From the NCBI RefSeq assembly GCF_055900595.2, contig NZ_CM148325.1: 64,000 nucleotides of DNA; one strand, 5' to 3'. How positions within the stretch are numbered: the stretch's first letter is position 1; each line of letters opens with the position of its first letter. A program made the translations under genes and the position numbers. The notes under the pieces are model-generated. The model was given only the letters and a program-made list of their open reading frames with translations, did no database searches and was not told where the DNA came from. Positions 35,207 through 44,636 of the stretch are shown piece after piece.

Positions 35207-37401
35207 GCAGTGCCTACAATAGTCTCGATCCCCGTGTCCGTAAGTGGATTTATAAGCAGGGCTGGTCATCATTAAGGCCCTTGCAGGAGAGCTCTATTCC
35301 GGCAATTTTAGCCCGTGATCGTGATGTACTAATTAGTGCAGGTACAGCTGCGGGTAAAACAGAGGCTTTCTTTCTTCCTGCCTGTTCAGCGATTGCAGAT
35401 CTCACTGGTGGATTTGGCATTATCTATATCAGTCCGTTGAAGGCATTGATTAACGATCAGCACCGTCGTCTTGAGAGCCTGGGGGAAGCCCTGGAAATGC
35501 AAGTGACGCCCTGGCACGGGGATGTACCACAAAGCAAAAAGAAGAAAGCACGGACAAGCCCGTCAGGTATCTTACTTATCACACCTGAATCACTTGAGTC
35601 TTTGCTCATAAACTCATTGGGTTGGCTCAAACAGGCGTTTTCTTCAGTGGCATACATTGTTATTGATGAGTTCCACGCTTTTATTGGCTCAGAGCGTGGT
35701 ATACAACTGCTTTCGCTGCTTAATAGAATTGACCATGTGCTGGGACGCCAGTTAAATCCAGTTCCCCGTGTCGCGTTGAGTGCCACTCTGGGAGAGCTGG
35801 AAAAAGTGCCAGAATTATTGCGTCCGGATAAGAGATTACCTTGTGAAACGGTAACAGACAGTAATAGCACCGCTACACTACAAGTTCAGGTTAAAGGTTA
35901 TCTTGAGCGGGTGCCCGAAAAAGGGGAAGAGCTCCAGAGCTCTGCTGAACAGCTCGTCTGCGCGGATATTTTCAGGCTCTGTCGTGGCGATTCCCACCTG
36001 GTCTTTGCTAACAGTCGAAAGCGTACTGAAAGCATAGCGGCAATACTGAGCGACATGTGTGAAGCAAATGTCGTTCCTAATGAATTCTTTCCTCATCATG
36101 GCTCCCTTGCCAGGGAGTTACGTGAGGCGCTTGAAGCCCGACTGCAGAAAGGGAATTTGCCCACAACCGCTGTTTGTACAATGACGCTGGAGCTGGGTAT
36201 TGATATTGGTAAGGTGCAGTCTGTCATACAAGTGACACCTCCGCATTCTGTTTCCAGTCTGCGTCAACGCATGGGACGTTCAGGGCGGCGCGATTCCCCA
36301 TCGGTGCTGAGAATGTTAATTACTGAACCTGAACTTACCGCAACCAGCAGCATTGTGGATCATTTACGGCTGCAGTTGGTTCAGGCGATGGCAATGATCA
36401 GGTTGATGATCTCTAAGCGCTGGTTCGAGCCTGCAGATATCCGGCAGAAACATTACTCCACACTACTACACCAGATCCTGGCTATTACTGCACAATGGGG
36501 AGGTGTTCGTGCCGATCAACTCTGGTCACAACTTTGCCAGACAGGTCCGTTCCGGAATGTGGATATAAATGACTTTAAAAGTCTGCTTAAACATATGGGG
36601 ACATGTGGCCTGCTCAGTCAACTAGCCAGCGGTGAAATAGTTGTCGGGGCTGAGGGGGAGAAGCTGACTAATCACTACACGTTTTATGCCGTATTCAATA
36701 CACCTGAGGAGTTTCGCATTGTAACGGGAAACCGAACTCTTGGCACAGTGCCTGTAGACTCCCCACTTTTGCCGGAGCAGCACATCATCTTCGGCGGACG
36801 GCGCTGGAAAGTGACAGAGATCGAGGTTGAAAAAAAGGTTATCTATGTTGAGGCGACTAAAGGCGGTCAGCCACCACTATTCAGTGGTAGCGGGATGTCT
36901 GTTCATGATGTTGTTCGCCAGGAGATGCTCGCTATCTACAGGGAAAATGATTACCGTATCGCGGTAGGCAACAAGAGAGTCGATTATGCTGATGCCGCAG
37001 CCAGAAGCCTCTTTGCGGAAGGAAGTGACAACTTCCAACGCTACAATCTACACAATGACTGTTTTATTGCCAGTGGTCAGAACTGCTACGTGATCCCGTG
37101 GATGGGGGATAAAATTGTCAATACAATTACGTCCCTGCTTATACGTTGTGGCTTTAAAGCCAGTTCATTTGCAGGTGTGATAGAGGTAGAGGACTCAGGC
37201 GTTGCCTCTGTCCAGCGTGTACTTAAGAAAATGCTATTGTCGGGGTTACCTTCAGAGTTTGAGCTTGCTGCAGTTGTTCCTGACAAGTATCTGGATAAAT
37301 ATGACGAGTATTTACCAGAGACTTTGCTTGCTAAAGGGTATGGGGCACAGGCGTATGATATAGAAGGAACGTGCACCTGGCTGCAGAAACACCTTCAGTA
37401 G
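35203..37401 (+). CDS. sngC: SF2 DExH-box helicase (Lhr-like; Shango SngC-like)
   Basis: 732-aa ORF, motifs GTAAGKT, DEFH, SAT, QRMGRSGRR; start overlaps sngB stop (ATGA). Confidence 0.75.
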   Translation: MSSAYNSLDPRVRKWIYKQGWSSLRPLQESSIPAILARDRDVLISAGTAAGKTEAFFLPACSAIADLTGGFGIIYISPLKALINDQHRRLESLGEALEMQVTPWHGDVPQSKKKKARTSPSGILLITPESLESLLINSLGWLKQAFSSVAYIVIDEFHAFIGSERGIQLLSLLNRIDHVLGRQLNPVPRVALSATLGELEKVPELLRPDKRLPCETVTDSNSTATLQVQVKGYLERVPEKGEELQSSAEQLVCADIFRLCRGDSHLVFANSRKRTESIAAILSDMCEANVVPNEFFPHHGSLARELREALEARLQKGNLPTTAVCTMTLELGIDIGKVQSVIQVTPPHSVSSLRQRMGRSGRRDSPSVLRMLITEPELTATSSIVDHLRLQLVQAMAMIRLMISKRWFEPADIRQKHYSTLLHQILAITAQWGGVRADQLWSQLCQTGPFRNVDINDFKSLLKHMGTCGLLSQLASGEIVVGAEGEKLTNHYTFYAVFNTPEEFRIVTGNRTLGTVPVDSPLLPEQHIIFGGRRWKVTEIEVEKKVIYVEATKGGQPPLFSGSGMSVHDVVRQEMLAIYRENDYRIAVGNKRVDYADAAARSLFAEGSDNFQRYNLHNDCFIASGQNCYVIPWMGDKIVNTITSLLIRCGFKASSFAGVIEVEDSGVASVQRVLKKMLLSGLPSEFELAAVVPDKYLDKYDEYLPETLLAKGYGAQAYDIEGTCTWLQKHLQ

Positions 37402-37414
37402 ACTGGATATGTAG

Positions 37415-37452
37415 TCAGGGTATAAATAACTTATTTATACCCTGATTTTTTT
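37415..37452 (+). terminator. Rho-independent terminator closing the three-gene operon
   Basis: 15-bp perfect stem TCAGGGTATAAATAA/TTATTTATACCCTGA followed by T7. Confidence 0.7.
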
Positions 37453-37882
37453 ACTTCCCGGTGGACTTACTTGGCTTTAGTCCCGGAGTGTTGCCAGGAG
37501 TATCTTTATTATCTCGTCGGCGTTGATCTGGTTTTCCTGTCGATTTAGCAATTGGTTTTGGACCAGGTTTAAGACCCATGATAGTTATCCTTTTGAGATG
37601 TAAGAGGGAAGCCCTCAACATTGGTATATTGGATACTGAGAAATTTTTCAATGGGAGTGATAAACGGCCGAATGATTAACTCGATATTGTGATCAACGTC
37701 TGTTTTTTGCACACTGTAGACTGACTCTTGGAGCAGAAGGTTGCTCTGAGCGAGGAATGGACAGTTACACTCATCACCAACGCCAATAGCCTCATTACGC
37801 GTATAAAGCTGTATTAATCATTGGGGAACAGTTTAATGCGGGATTTTCGACTTATGGACTTGATTCAGGTGTCAAAATTAAA

Positions 37883-38899
37883 ATGAGCAGTGTAAGGACA
37901 GACAAGTTCATTAGGTATGGTTTTGCGGTTGTGGCGATAGTTGCCATACTCATTACTACTATCACAACCCCCAATCCCACACCTTATCAATATATAGTTT
38001 ACCGAATAGTTCTGGCTCTGGCTGCCGGATGTATTGGTGCAGTTCTGCCTGGTTTCCTTGAAGTAAAATTTAATGGGTGGTTAAGAGCATCTGGCGCAGT
38101 GGCGATCTTCGCTATAGTGTTTTTCATAAGCCCAGATTTGCTTCAACAAAATCCTGAATCTGCAAGTAAACCTGTACCGCCTACTGTGATTGATGCATAT
38201 GCCGTTAATAGTTCCAATCGCGACAGATACCTCGAATTATTTCGAACAGGACAGTTCGGTCAGCGGGACAAGCTGCGCATCGGTTGTGTTGAGTGGAGTG
38301 AATCATCGTGCGTGGCTGCTGGTAATTTTTTGCGATTGTTAAGCGAAGCTGGCTGGGAAATCGATTCTGACGCTGTATTCAGAATGCAACCATCCGTGCC
38401 AGTTGAGGGGGTATCGATTGTAAGCCGTGGCGATGATCTGGTCGGTTTGCCAAAAGTACCACCCCACATGGGCCGTTGGAGTCGATCAGACATTAGTTAT
38501 GAAATTTTGACAGCGGCATTTAAATTGATGGGAGTTCCGGTTTATTTTTCCAGTGACCCGACATTACAACCAGGTACTACCGGAGTGTACTTTGGACCGA
38601 AACCGAAACTGGATGCACCAGTCATGCAAAAAGATGAGAATGTGCGACGTGAGCTTCTCCGCTACGTCGGTTTGGGAATGACTATTCAGCGAGCCTGCTC
38701 TCAGCAGCCCGTCGAACTTTGTGGGGGTGAAATCTTTTCCTGGGAAACGTCGGTATCTTCGTTCCTAAGGCAGCAGAGATTCAACTCCGATGCCGTAAAC
38801 AGATGGCTTGCCTTGCCGCAGGTTAATGCGGCTTCGGCAACTGCAGACATGAAAATAAAGCTAGATTTGTTAATGTCATTTGTTCTGGGCATCGAGTAA
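37883..38899 (+). CDS. Membrane-anchored protein of unknown function (3 predicted N-terminal TM helices plus about 230-aa soluble domain)
   Basis: 338-aa ORF; hydrophobic segments in first 90 residues. Confidence 0.6.
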   Translation: MSSVRTDKFIRYGFAVVAIVAILITTITTPNPTPYQYIVYRIVLALAAGCIGAVLPGFLEVKFNGWLRASGAVAIFAIVFFISPDLLQQNPESASKPVPPTVIDAYAVNSSNRDRYLELFRTGQFGQRDKLRIGCVEWSESSCVAAGNFLRLLSEAGWEIDSDAVFRMQPSVPVEGVSIVSRGDDLVGLPKVPPHMGRWSRSDISYEILTAAFKLMGVPVYFSSDPTLQPGTTGVYFGPKPKLDAPVMQKDENVRRELLRYVGLGMTIQRACSQQPVELCGGEIFSWETSVSSFLRQQRFNSDAVNRWLALPQVNAASATADMKIKLDLLMSFVLGIE

Positions 38900-39047
38900 C
38901 TATACCTCTTGCGAGGATGATTGAGCGTCTAATGGACCAGCTTAGCCGTTAGCGCTATTTGTTTACGTAAGCCTGTGGAATCCAACTAGTGCTTCTACGA
39001 TGCGTTGTTTGGTGAAAAAAAAGTGTTGAAGCACTGGTTTTAGACAA

Positions 39048-39328
39048 CTAAAGCCACGATTTGCTCATGCGTCGAAAATGTAGTCGTCTACTGTGTAGCA
39101 CGGAGGCGATATTCGTACGCTTACACTTGCCGATAGGCCACTGGGGAGTGTTCTTGGCACTAAGCTGCCAGGCCCGAAGGTCTGCTATGAGCGAGGGGCT
39201 GACATTCCTATTGGCATTCGGTGTGAGTTATCGGGGGCGGTCATGCGGCATACTTCCGATACAGGCGTTTCCAGCTCTGCCTGTTTCAGGGTTATATTAA
39301 TCTGCTTTAGAATTAATCGTGGCTTTAG
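39048..39328. repeat. 281-bp GC-richer segment bounded by perfect 14-bp inverted repeats CTAAAGCCACGATT / AATCGTGGCTTTAG
   Basis: Inverted repeats at 39048-39061 and 39315-39328 read directly; lies in the 640-bp gap upstream of the nuclease-NTPase gene. Confidence 0.45.
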
Positions 39329-39542
39329 CATCTGCACATCGTGCTGGAGAAACCTGAGTGAACTAAATCATATTCCCTTTCTTCAGCTAATCAATTGATA
39401 GTTATGCGGAAAAAGTTACTTTGCTTGTCAATAATCCATTTCACATCCGTTAATTCAATGCTATGCGTCTTCGCATTAATCTGGAAAGGTAGTAAGTGAA
39501 ATAAAAACTTAGCCAATGACTAATATCTGAGGATACTTTGTC

Positions 39543-41903
39543 ATGAAAAGTATGCAATCAAAAACGGGCTCTCCACTCGTTCGAACTGAAGCCGAGCTAG
39601 AAAGCCGGCTTACTTCAGCACTAAACATAGCATTTCCTAACATTCCTCGCGAAGATCTTATCGAACAGCGCCATTTTACCGTTCGGCTAGGCCATGGAAC
39701 TTACAAAATAGATAGCGCCGCACACTGGAAAAAATACGGGCGAGCGGATGTTTTGATCTTTCATCGGGAGAGACCACTTGCGGTTATTGAACTGAAACGT
39801 GAAGACCTGACACTGACCCATGATGATTATGAACAGGCTCAAAGCTACGCTAACCAGTTAACACCACGTCCGCCTCTCGTTGTAGTTACGAACGGTAAAG
39901 ATACGCGCGTTTATGACTCAAGTAATGGACAACAGTGGTCGGGTGGACAGGATGCCTCGGCAGCGGTAAACAAGATGCTCGCCAATTCTGCAAAGTTGGC
40001 GGCGGCTGACATGCGCTGGGCTATTGAAGCCTTGATGGGGCGAGAAACTAATGCTTGGGTGCCAGCTGTGCGAGAAGAAACAGCCCGGCTGCTGATTGAT
40101 ATAACTGATCAGCCTGGGCATTCAGAACATCCATTTGCCAACAACCTACTTTTTCCTCGCAAAATCACGTCTCTTGTAATTGAATCTGCTGTGATGGGTA
40201 CAGCTTTCACTATCATTGAGGGTGATGCACAAAGCGGAAAAAGCAGTTGCCTCCGTGAAATTTCGCTAAAAACGGAAAGTAGCGATCTTTTGGCTGTCCT
40301 GATGTTACGAGGTTCCGGACCAGGACTATTTCAGGCTCTGGCCAATCTTTTTGCAGCTGAATTTGAATGGAATTTAACCTCAAATGATGCACGTAACTGG
40401 TTAAGACGAATGTCTAACTGCACTGAAGGTCCATCGCTTATGCTTGCTATCGACGACGTTGAACCAGGCTCCCAAATGGCTACTGATCTTGAGGAACTTG
40501 CGGGTATACGTTTTGGCAACAGGCTGGTGGTTGTTCTGACGACCTATCATGCCAACGCGTTACTGAAAAATCCAAACGGACGAACTCCGTCTGCAATTGG
40601 TAGCCGGTCGAAGGTATTTAAAACATCGCCTATGTCCCTAGATGAATTTAAGCTGGCGCAACAGATTCTCTCGGACCAGCGGATAGTTTTTCAACAGGGA
40701 GCAGAATACGCCGATGACTACCGCTCGCCTTGGGTTCTTCGCACTATTTATGATGACATTGTGCGCAATCATCAATACCAGAAAACGGATCTTATCGCCT
40801 ATCTTCCTCCATCACCCGGTATGGAACTTATAGATGCTGCGCAAAAGAGCTATGAGAGTCAGTATGATCTTCTTCGTTATTATCGGGTTCTTGCACGCTG
40901 CGCACTAGCTGACACAAACTCCCACTCAGTAGAATTAATGTTTGCTAAAGCGAATGGATTTGTCGTGCGGTATGACGCACTTTCTGACGAAGCTCGTGGT
41001 GTAGTGAATGAGTTAAAACATATGGGGGCAGTTCGTATTTTTCGCCTTTCAGGATGGGAAGATGTTGTGGTGCCGACAGTTCCCGCAGCTTACCTTCTGG
41101 AACTGTCGGATGCTGTTTGTGATGAACTGGTTTTACGGGCAGAACAAGACCCTCAAGACGCCGGGGCTTGGCTTGGCGAACGGCTAGACGCCACTTATCT
41201 TGGAGATATGATCGGTGCTCAAGCCATACGCCGTATGGCAGCTAAAGAGAGATATTTCAGCTTTGGAATTATTCAGGGCCTTCTCAGCATTGAGCCATAT
41301 AAAGAACCTATAAAAAACGGATTGTTTACTTTAGCCATGCCAGACAACCAACAAGTCAATCTAAAGATTGAGGATGGATTAGCGTGGATTTCTAAACACG
41401 GGGATGATGCAAAGAGTGTTCTGGTGAATTTAGAGGATCAAATCCCAAAGGTCATTTCTAAATCAACCAGTTGGATGATACTCGGGCAACTAGCGAAACT
41501 GCCGTCAGCAGAGGTGGGTGACGATGATCAGCGTATAGACGCCTATATTTTACTGAGCATTGGGCGCTGCCCATTTCCTCTAATTCGCACGAATATAGAA
41601 GGATTGCCTTACTTTGAGCATAATTTTGGCGATCAGGGTGATGTTCTTTGCCTAGAAAAAGCGTCTATTGAAGTTGCTACTCAGGCGATGGCTGATTTAT
41701 TTTCAGCCCCATGGCTCTATGCGGACCAGTGGGTGGATACAGCTATCGCGACCGGTTCTATACATTTACTGCATCGTTTGTTTGCTGCTTTAAACACAGT
41801 GATATTGCGTAGAATACCCGTGCAATCCGACTGGGCTAATGAAGCATTTAATCAACGTGTCTCACCAGCCCTTAAGGAAGCCATACGATCATTATCTTCG
41901 TGA
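39543..41903 (+). CDS. PD-(D/E)xK nuclease (HsdR-N/Mrr-like) fused to P-loop NTPase, with about 400-aa C-terminal helical domain; candidate defence protein
   Basis: 786-aa ORF; nuclease motifs ADVLIF...AVIELKRED...PPLVVVTNGKDTRVYD; Walker A GDAQSGKSS; Walker B LMLAIDDVEP. Confidence 0.65.
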   Translation: MKSMQSKTGSPLVRTEAELESRLTSALNIAFPNIPREDLIEQRHFTVRLGHGTYKIDSAAHWKKYGRADVLIFHRERPLAVIELKREDLTLTHDDYEQAQSYANQLTPRPPLVVVTNGKDTRVYDSSNGQQWSGGQDASAAVNKMLANSAKLAAADMRWAIEALMGRETNAWVPAVREETARLLIDITDQPGHSEHPFANNLLFPRKITSLVIESAVMGTAFTIIEGDAQSGKSSCLREISLKTESSDLLAVLMLRGSGPGLFQALANLFAAEFEWNLTSNDARNWLRRMSNCTEGPSLMLAIDDVEPGSQMATDLEELAGIRFGNRLVVVLTTYHANALLKNPNGRTPSAIGSRSKVFKTSPMSLDEFKLAQQILSDQRIVFQQGAEYADDYRSPWVLRTIYDDIVRNHQYQKTDLIAYLPPSPGMELIDAAQKSYESQYDLLRYYRVLARCALADTNSHSVELMFAKANGFVVRYDALSDEARGVVNELKHMGAVRIFRLSGWEDVVVPTVPAAYLLELSDAVCDELVLRAEQDPQDAGAWLGERLDATYLGDMIGAQAIRRMAAKERYFSFGIIQGLLSIEPYKEPIKNGLFTLAMPDNQQVNLKIEDGLAWISKHGDDAKSVLVNLEDQIPKVISKSTSWMILGQLAKLPSAEVGDDDQRIDAYILLSIGRCPFPLIRTNIEGLPYFEHNFGDQGDVLCLEKASIEVATQAMADLFSAPWLYADQWVDTAIATGSIHLLHRLFAALNTVILRRIPVQSDWANEAFNQRVSPALKEAIRSLSS

Positions 41904-42079
41904 CTAAGCAATGGGATTTTAATACATAACGAGCATCTGTCCACGCAAGTTAACAATTGCCTTGGCTCGATATTTTGGTTTCTAGTGCATATATGCTGAT
42001 CTTCTCTTCGTTGATCTGATCTTACCCACCAATAGTGGACACAGGACTAAGTGAGTAAACTCTCAACCAGAGGTGACTC

Positions 42080-42379
42080 ATGACAAAACCAGTATCAATC
42101 AGCAAGAAGCCCCGTGAACAACATTCGCCTGAATTTCGTAACGAAGCCCTGAAACTCGCTGAACGCATCGGTGTGGCCGCCGCAGCCCGTGAACTCAGCC
42201 TTTATGAATCTCAGCTTTATGCCTGGCGCAGTAAACAGCAGCAACAAATGAGTTCGTCAGAGCGCGAAAGCGAACTGGCCGCTGAAAATGTCCGCCTTAA
42301 ACGACAACTGGCGGAGCAGGCTGAGGAACTGGCCATCCTCCAAAAGGCCGCGACATACTTCGCGAATCGCCTGAAATGA
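42080..42379 (+). CDS. IS3 OrfA
   Basis: 99-aa HTH/leucine-zipper ORF. Confidence 0.8.
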   Translation: MTKPVSISKKPREQHSPEFRNEALKLAERIGVAAAARELSLYESQLYAWRSKQQQQMSSSERESELAAENVRLKRQLAEQAEELAILQKAATYFANRLK

Positions 42380-43219
42380 AGTATGTCTTCATCGAAAATC
42401 ATCGGGCAGAGTTCTGCATCAAAGCGATGTGTCGTGTACTTCGGGTTGCCCGCAGCGGCTGGTATGTCTGGCTCAGGCGTCGTCACCAGATGAGCCTTCG
42501 CCAACAGTTTCGGCTCACCTGCGATGCCGCTGTCCATAAGGCATTCTTTGAGGCAAAGCAGCGATACGGTGCTCCCCGCCTTGCTGACGAACTGCCGGAG
42601 TTCAATATTAAAACCATTGCCGCCAGCCTGCGTCGTCAGGGGCTGCGGGCGAAAGTTCAGCCCGGTCAGCTACCGTGCACATGGCCTGCCCGTATTGGAG
42701 AATCTGCTGGAGCAGGACTTCAGTGCCAGAGGCCCGAACCAGAAGTGGGCGGGTGACATCACGTACTTGCGTACCGATGAGGGCTGGTTGTATCTCGCAG
42801 TAGTCATCGACCTGTGGTCACGCGCCGTCATTGGCTGGTCGATGTCACCGCGAATGACAGCACAACTGGCCTGTGATGCACTACAAATGGCGTTGTGGCG
42901 GAGAAGACGCCCGGAAAGCGTCATTGTTCATGCGGACCGTGGTGGTCAATACTGTTCAGGGGATTATCAGGCGCTGCTGAAGCGACACAACCTGCGTGGC
43001 AGTATGAGTGCGAAAGGCTACTGTTATGACAATGCCTGTGTGGAAAGCTTCTTTCATTCGCTGAAGGTGGAATGTATCCACGGGGAACGCTTTAGCAGCC
43101 GGGAAATAATGCGGGCAACGGTGTTTAATTATATCGAGTGTGATTACAATCGCTGGCGTCGTCACAGTGCCTGTGGCGGTCTCAGCCCGGAACAATTTGA
43201 AAACCATAATCTCGCTTAG
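42376..43219 (+). pseudogene. IS3 OrfB disrupted by frameshift/small deletion
   Basis: ORFs 42376-42756 and 42524-43219 overlap in different frames. Confidence 0.7.
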
Positions 43220-43249
43220 GGCCGTGTCCACATTACGTGGGTAGGATCA

Positions 43250-43372
43250 ATTTTCCTGATGACCCCATCGACATAGTATTTTTTCAAAGCAAGAATTGCC
43301 TTCTCGCTATGTATTCCTGATAGCTTGATCAGGATATCAAAGTCTCTTTCAGATATATTCCCCTTTGTCATG
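43250..43372 (-). pseudogene. PapB/FocB-like small regulator, C-terminally truncated by the IS3 insertion
   Basis: Translation MTKGNISERDFDILIKLSGIHSEKAILALKKYYVDGVIRKIDP then runs into IS3 terminus. Confidence 0.35.
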
Positions 43373-44636
43373 TGTCACTCCATGAATCAAATTTCATAGT
43401 AATCAATCTTTCTTTGATCGACTTATAGATAATAAGATCAGAAATGATAAAAAAGTAACGCATATTTCTTCTCGTCATGTCTACTTATAAAATTCAAATG
43501 AACTAACCTGAACTACTTACACTGGAATATCATTATATTGGAATAATTATAAAACTGAACAAAATGGTCAATGTAATCTGGTTAATTTATAAATATTTAC
43601 ATTGCGTGATGATATTTAATTCCAGTGTTAAGTAATGTCACATGCCTATTATTGGTTACTACTTTGTAGGTGTTTTGGTTCGGCGTTAATATCATTGGTC
43701 ATAATCACCTGTGAAAGTTTATTCTTGAAATGTTATAGGTATATTACTTGCAATTAAAAATGAGAAATTTATTATTATTGTGTTTTGCAAATATAATAAT
43801 TAAAAATTTATTATAAATTATGATTAGAATTGACAATATAAAAGAATAATAAAACTCAATATGAAAATAATTATCATCTGGTTTGATACTTTTGCTGTTG
43901 ATTACAGGAATAAAGTGTCAGAATAATATTGTTATTGGGTAAAAAAAGCCTCCACTATATGTGGAGGCAAACCCTTAGATAGTTCTATTGAGGCAAGTAT
44001 GTTATAAATCTGCCTTATCTTTTATAGCATATAAAGATATGTATGCTATATTTTTTTTGAAGAAATTTTTCCAGAAATTACAGTAATACAAGAAATATTA
44101 ACTGGTGTGATTTTTGGATGTTTAATAAGTACAGTGTACTTATATTTTTGTAATAAAGATGAACGCGTCCTTTAGATAAACTGAAAAATATTAAGCATGT
44201 CTCATGTGGTTTTCTGAATCAAAACTCTTTTCAGTCTTTGATTTTTTGTTAAAAACAGGTTTATTACAAGGGTGTTGTTGTGAAATGTGTTTTGGTGTCG
44301 TTGTGATTTTATGGTGATAATGTGAATTTTTATCCTTTCAAGATGGCTCCCTGGACGTTAAATACAGTGGAAATTTATATTAAGATATAAATATAACTAT
44401 TGCGTTATTTAAATTATTGTCTATTACAGCTCCAGTTAATAGAGCCTGAAGTAATTTCTTAGTATTTCATCATAAGCGTTTATCTATCGTCTCTTTCTAA
44501 ATTAACCGGTCGTATTACAAGGTGCTGAATCTGATTAAGGAATGATACTTAGGGGATTATGGCTGACTTAATAATTAGATAACTGATAAATGACTATCAG
44601 GGGGATATCGTTAAGTCAGCCTTTAAAATCAAGCGA

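Larger units (their letters stand above)
42017..43249 (+). mobile_element. IS3-like element (IS3 family) with defective orfB
   Basis: Termini TGATCTTACCCACCAATAGTGGACAC... / ...GTGTCCACATTACGTGGGTAGGATCA; Orf[32 protein letters not shown]. Confidence 0.8.

Noticed and set aside
39061..39300. 79-aa ORF in the intergenic region upstream of the nuclease-NTPase gene
   Set aside because: No RBS or start context, unusual composition, lies entirely within the IR-bounded segment; more likely non-coding.
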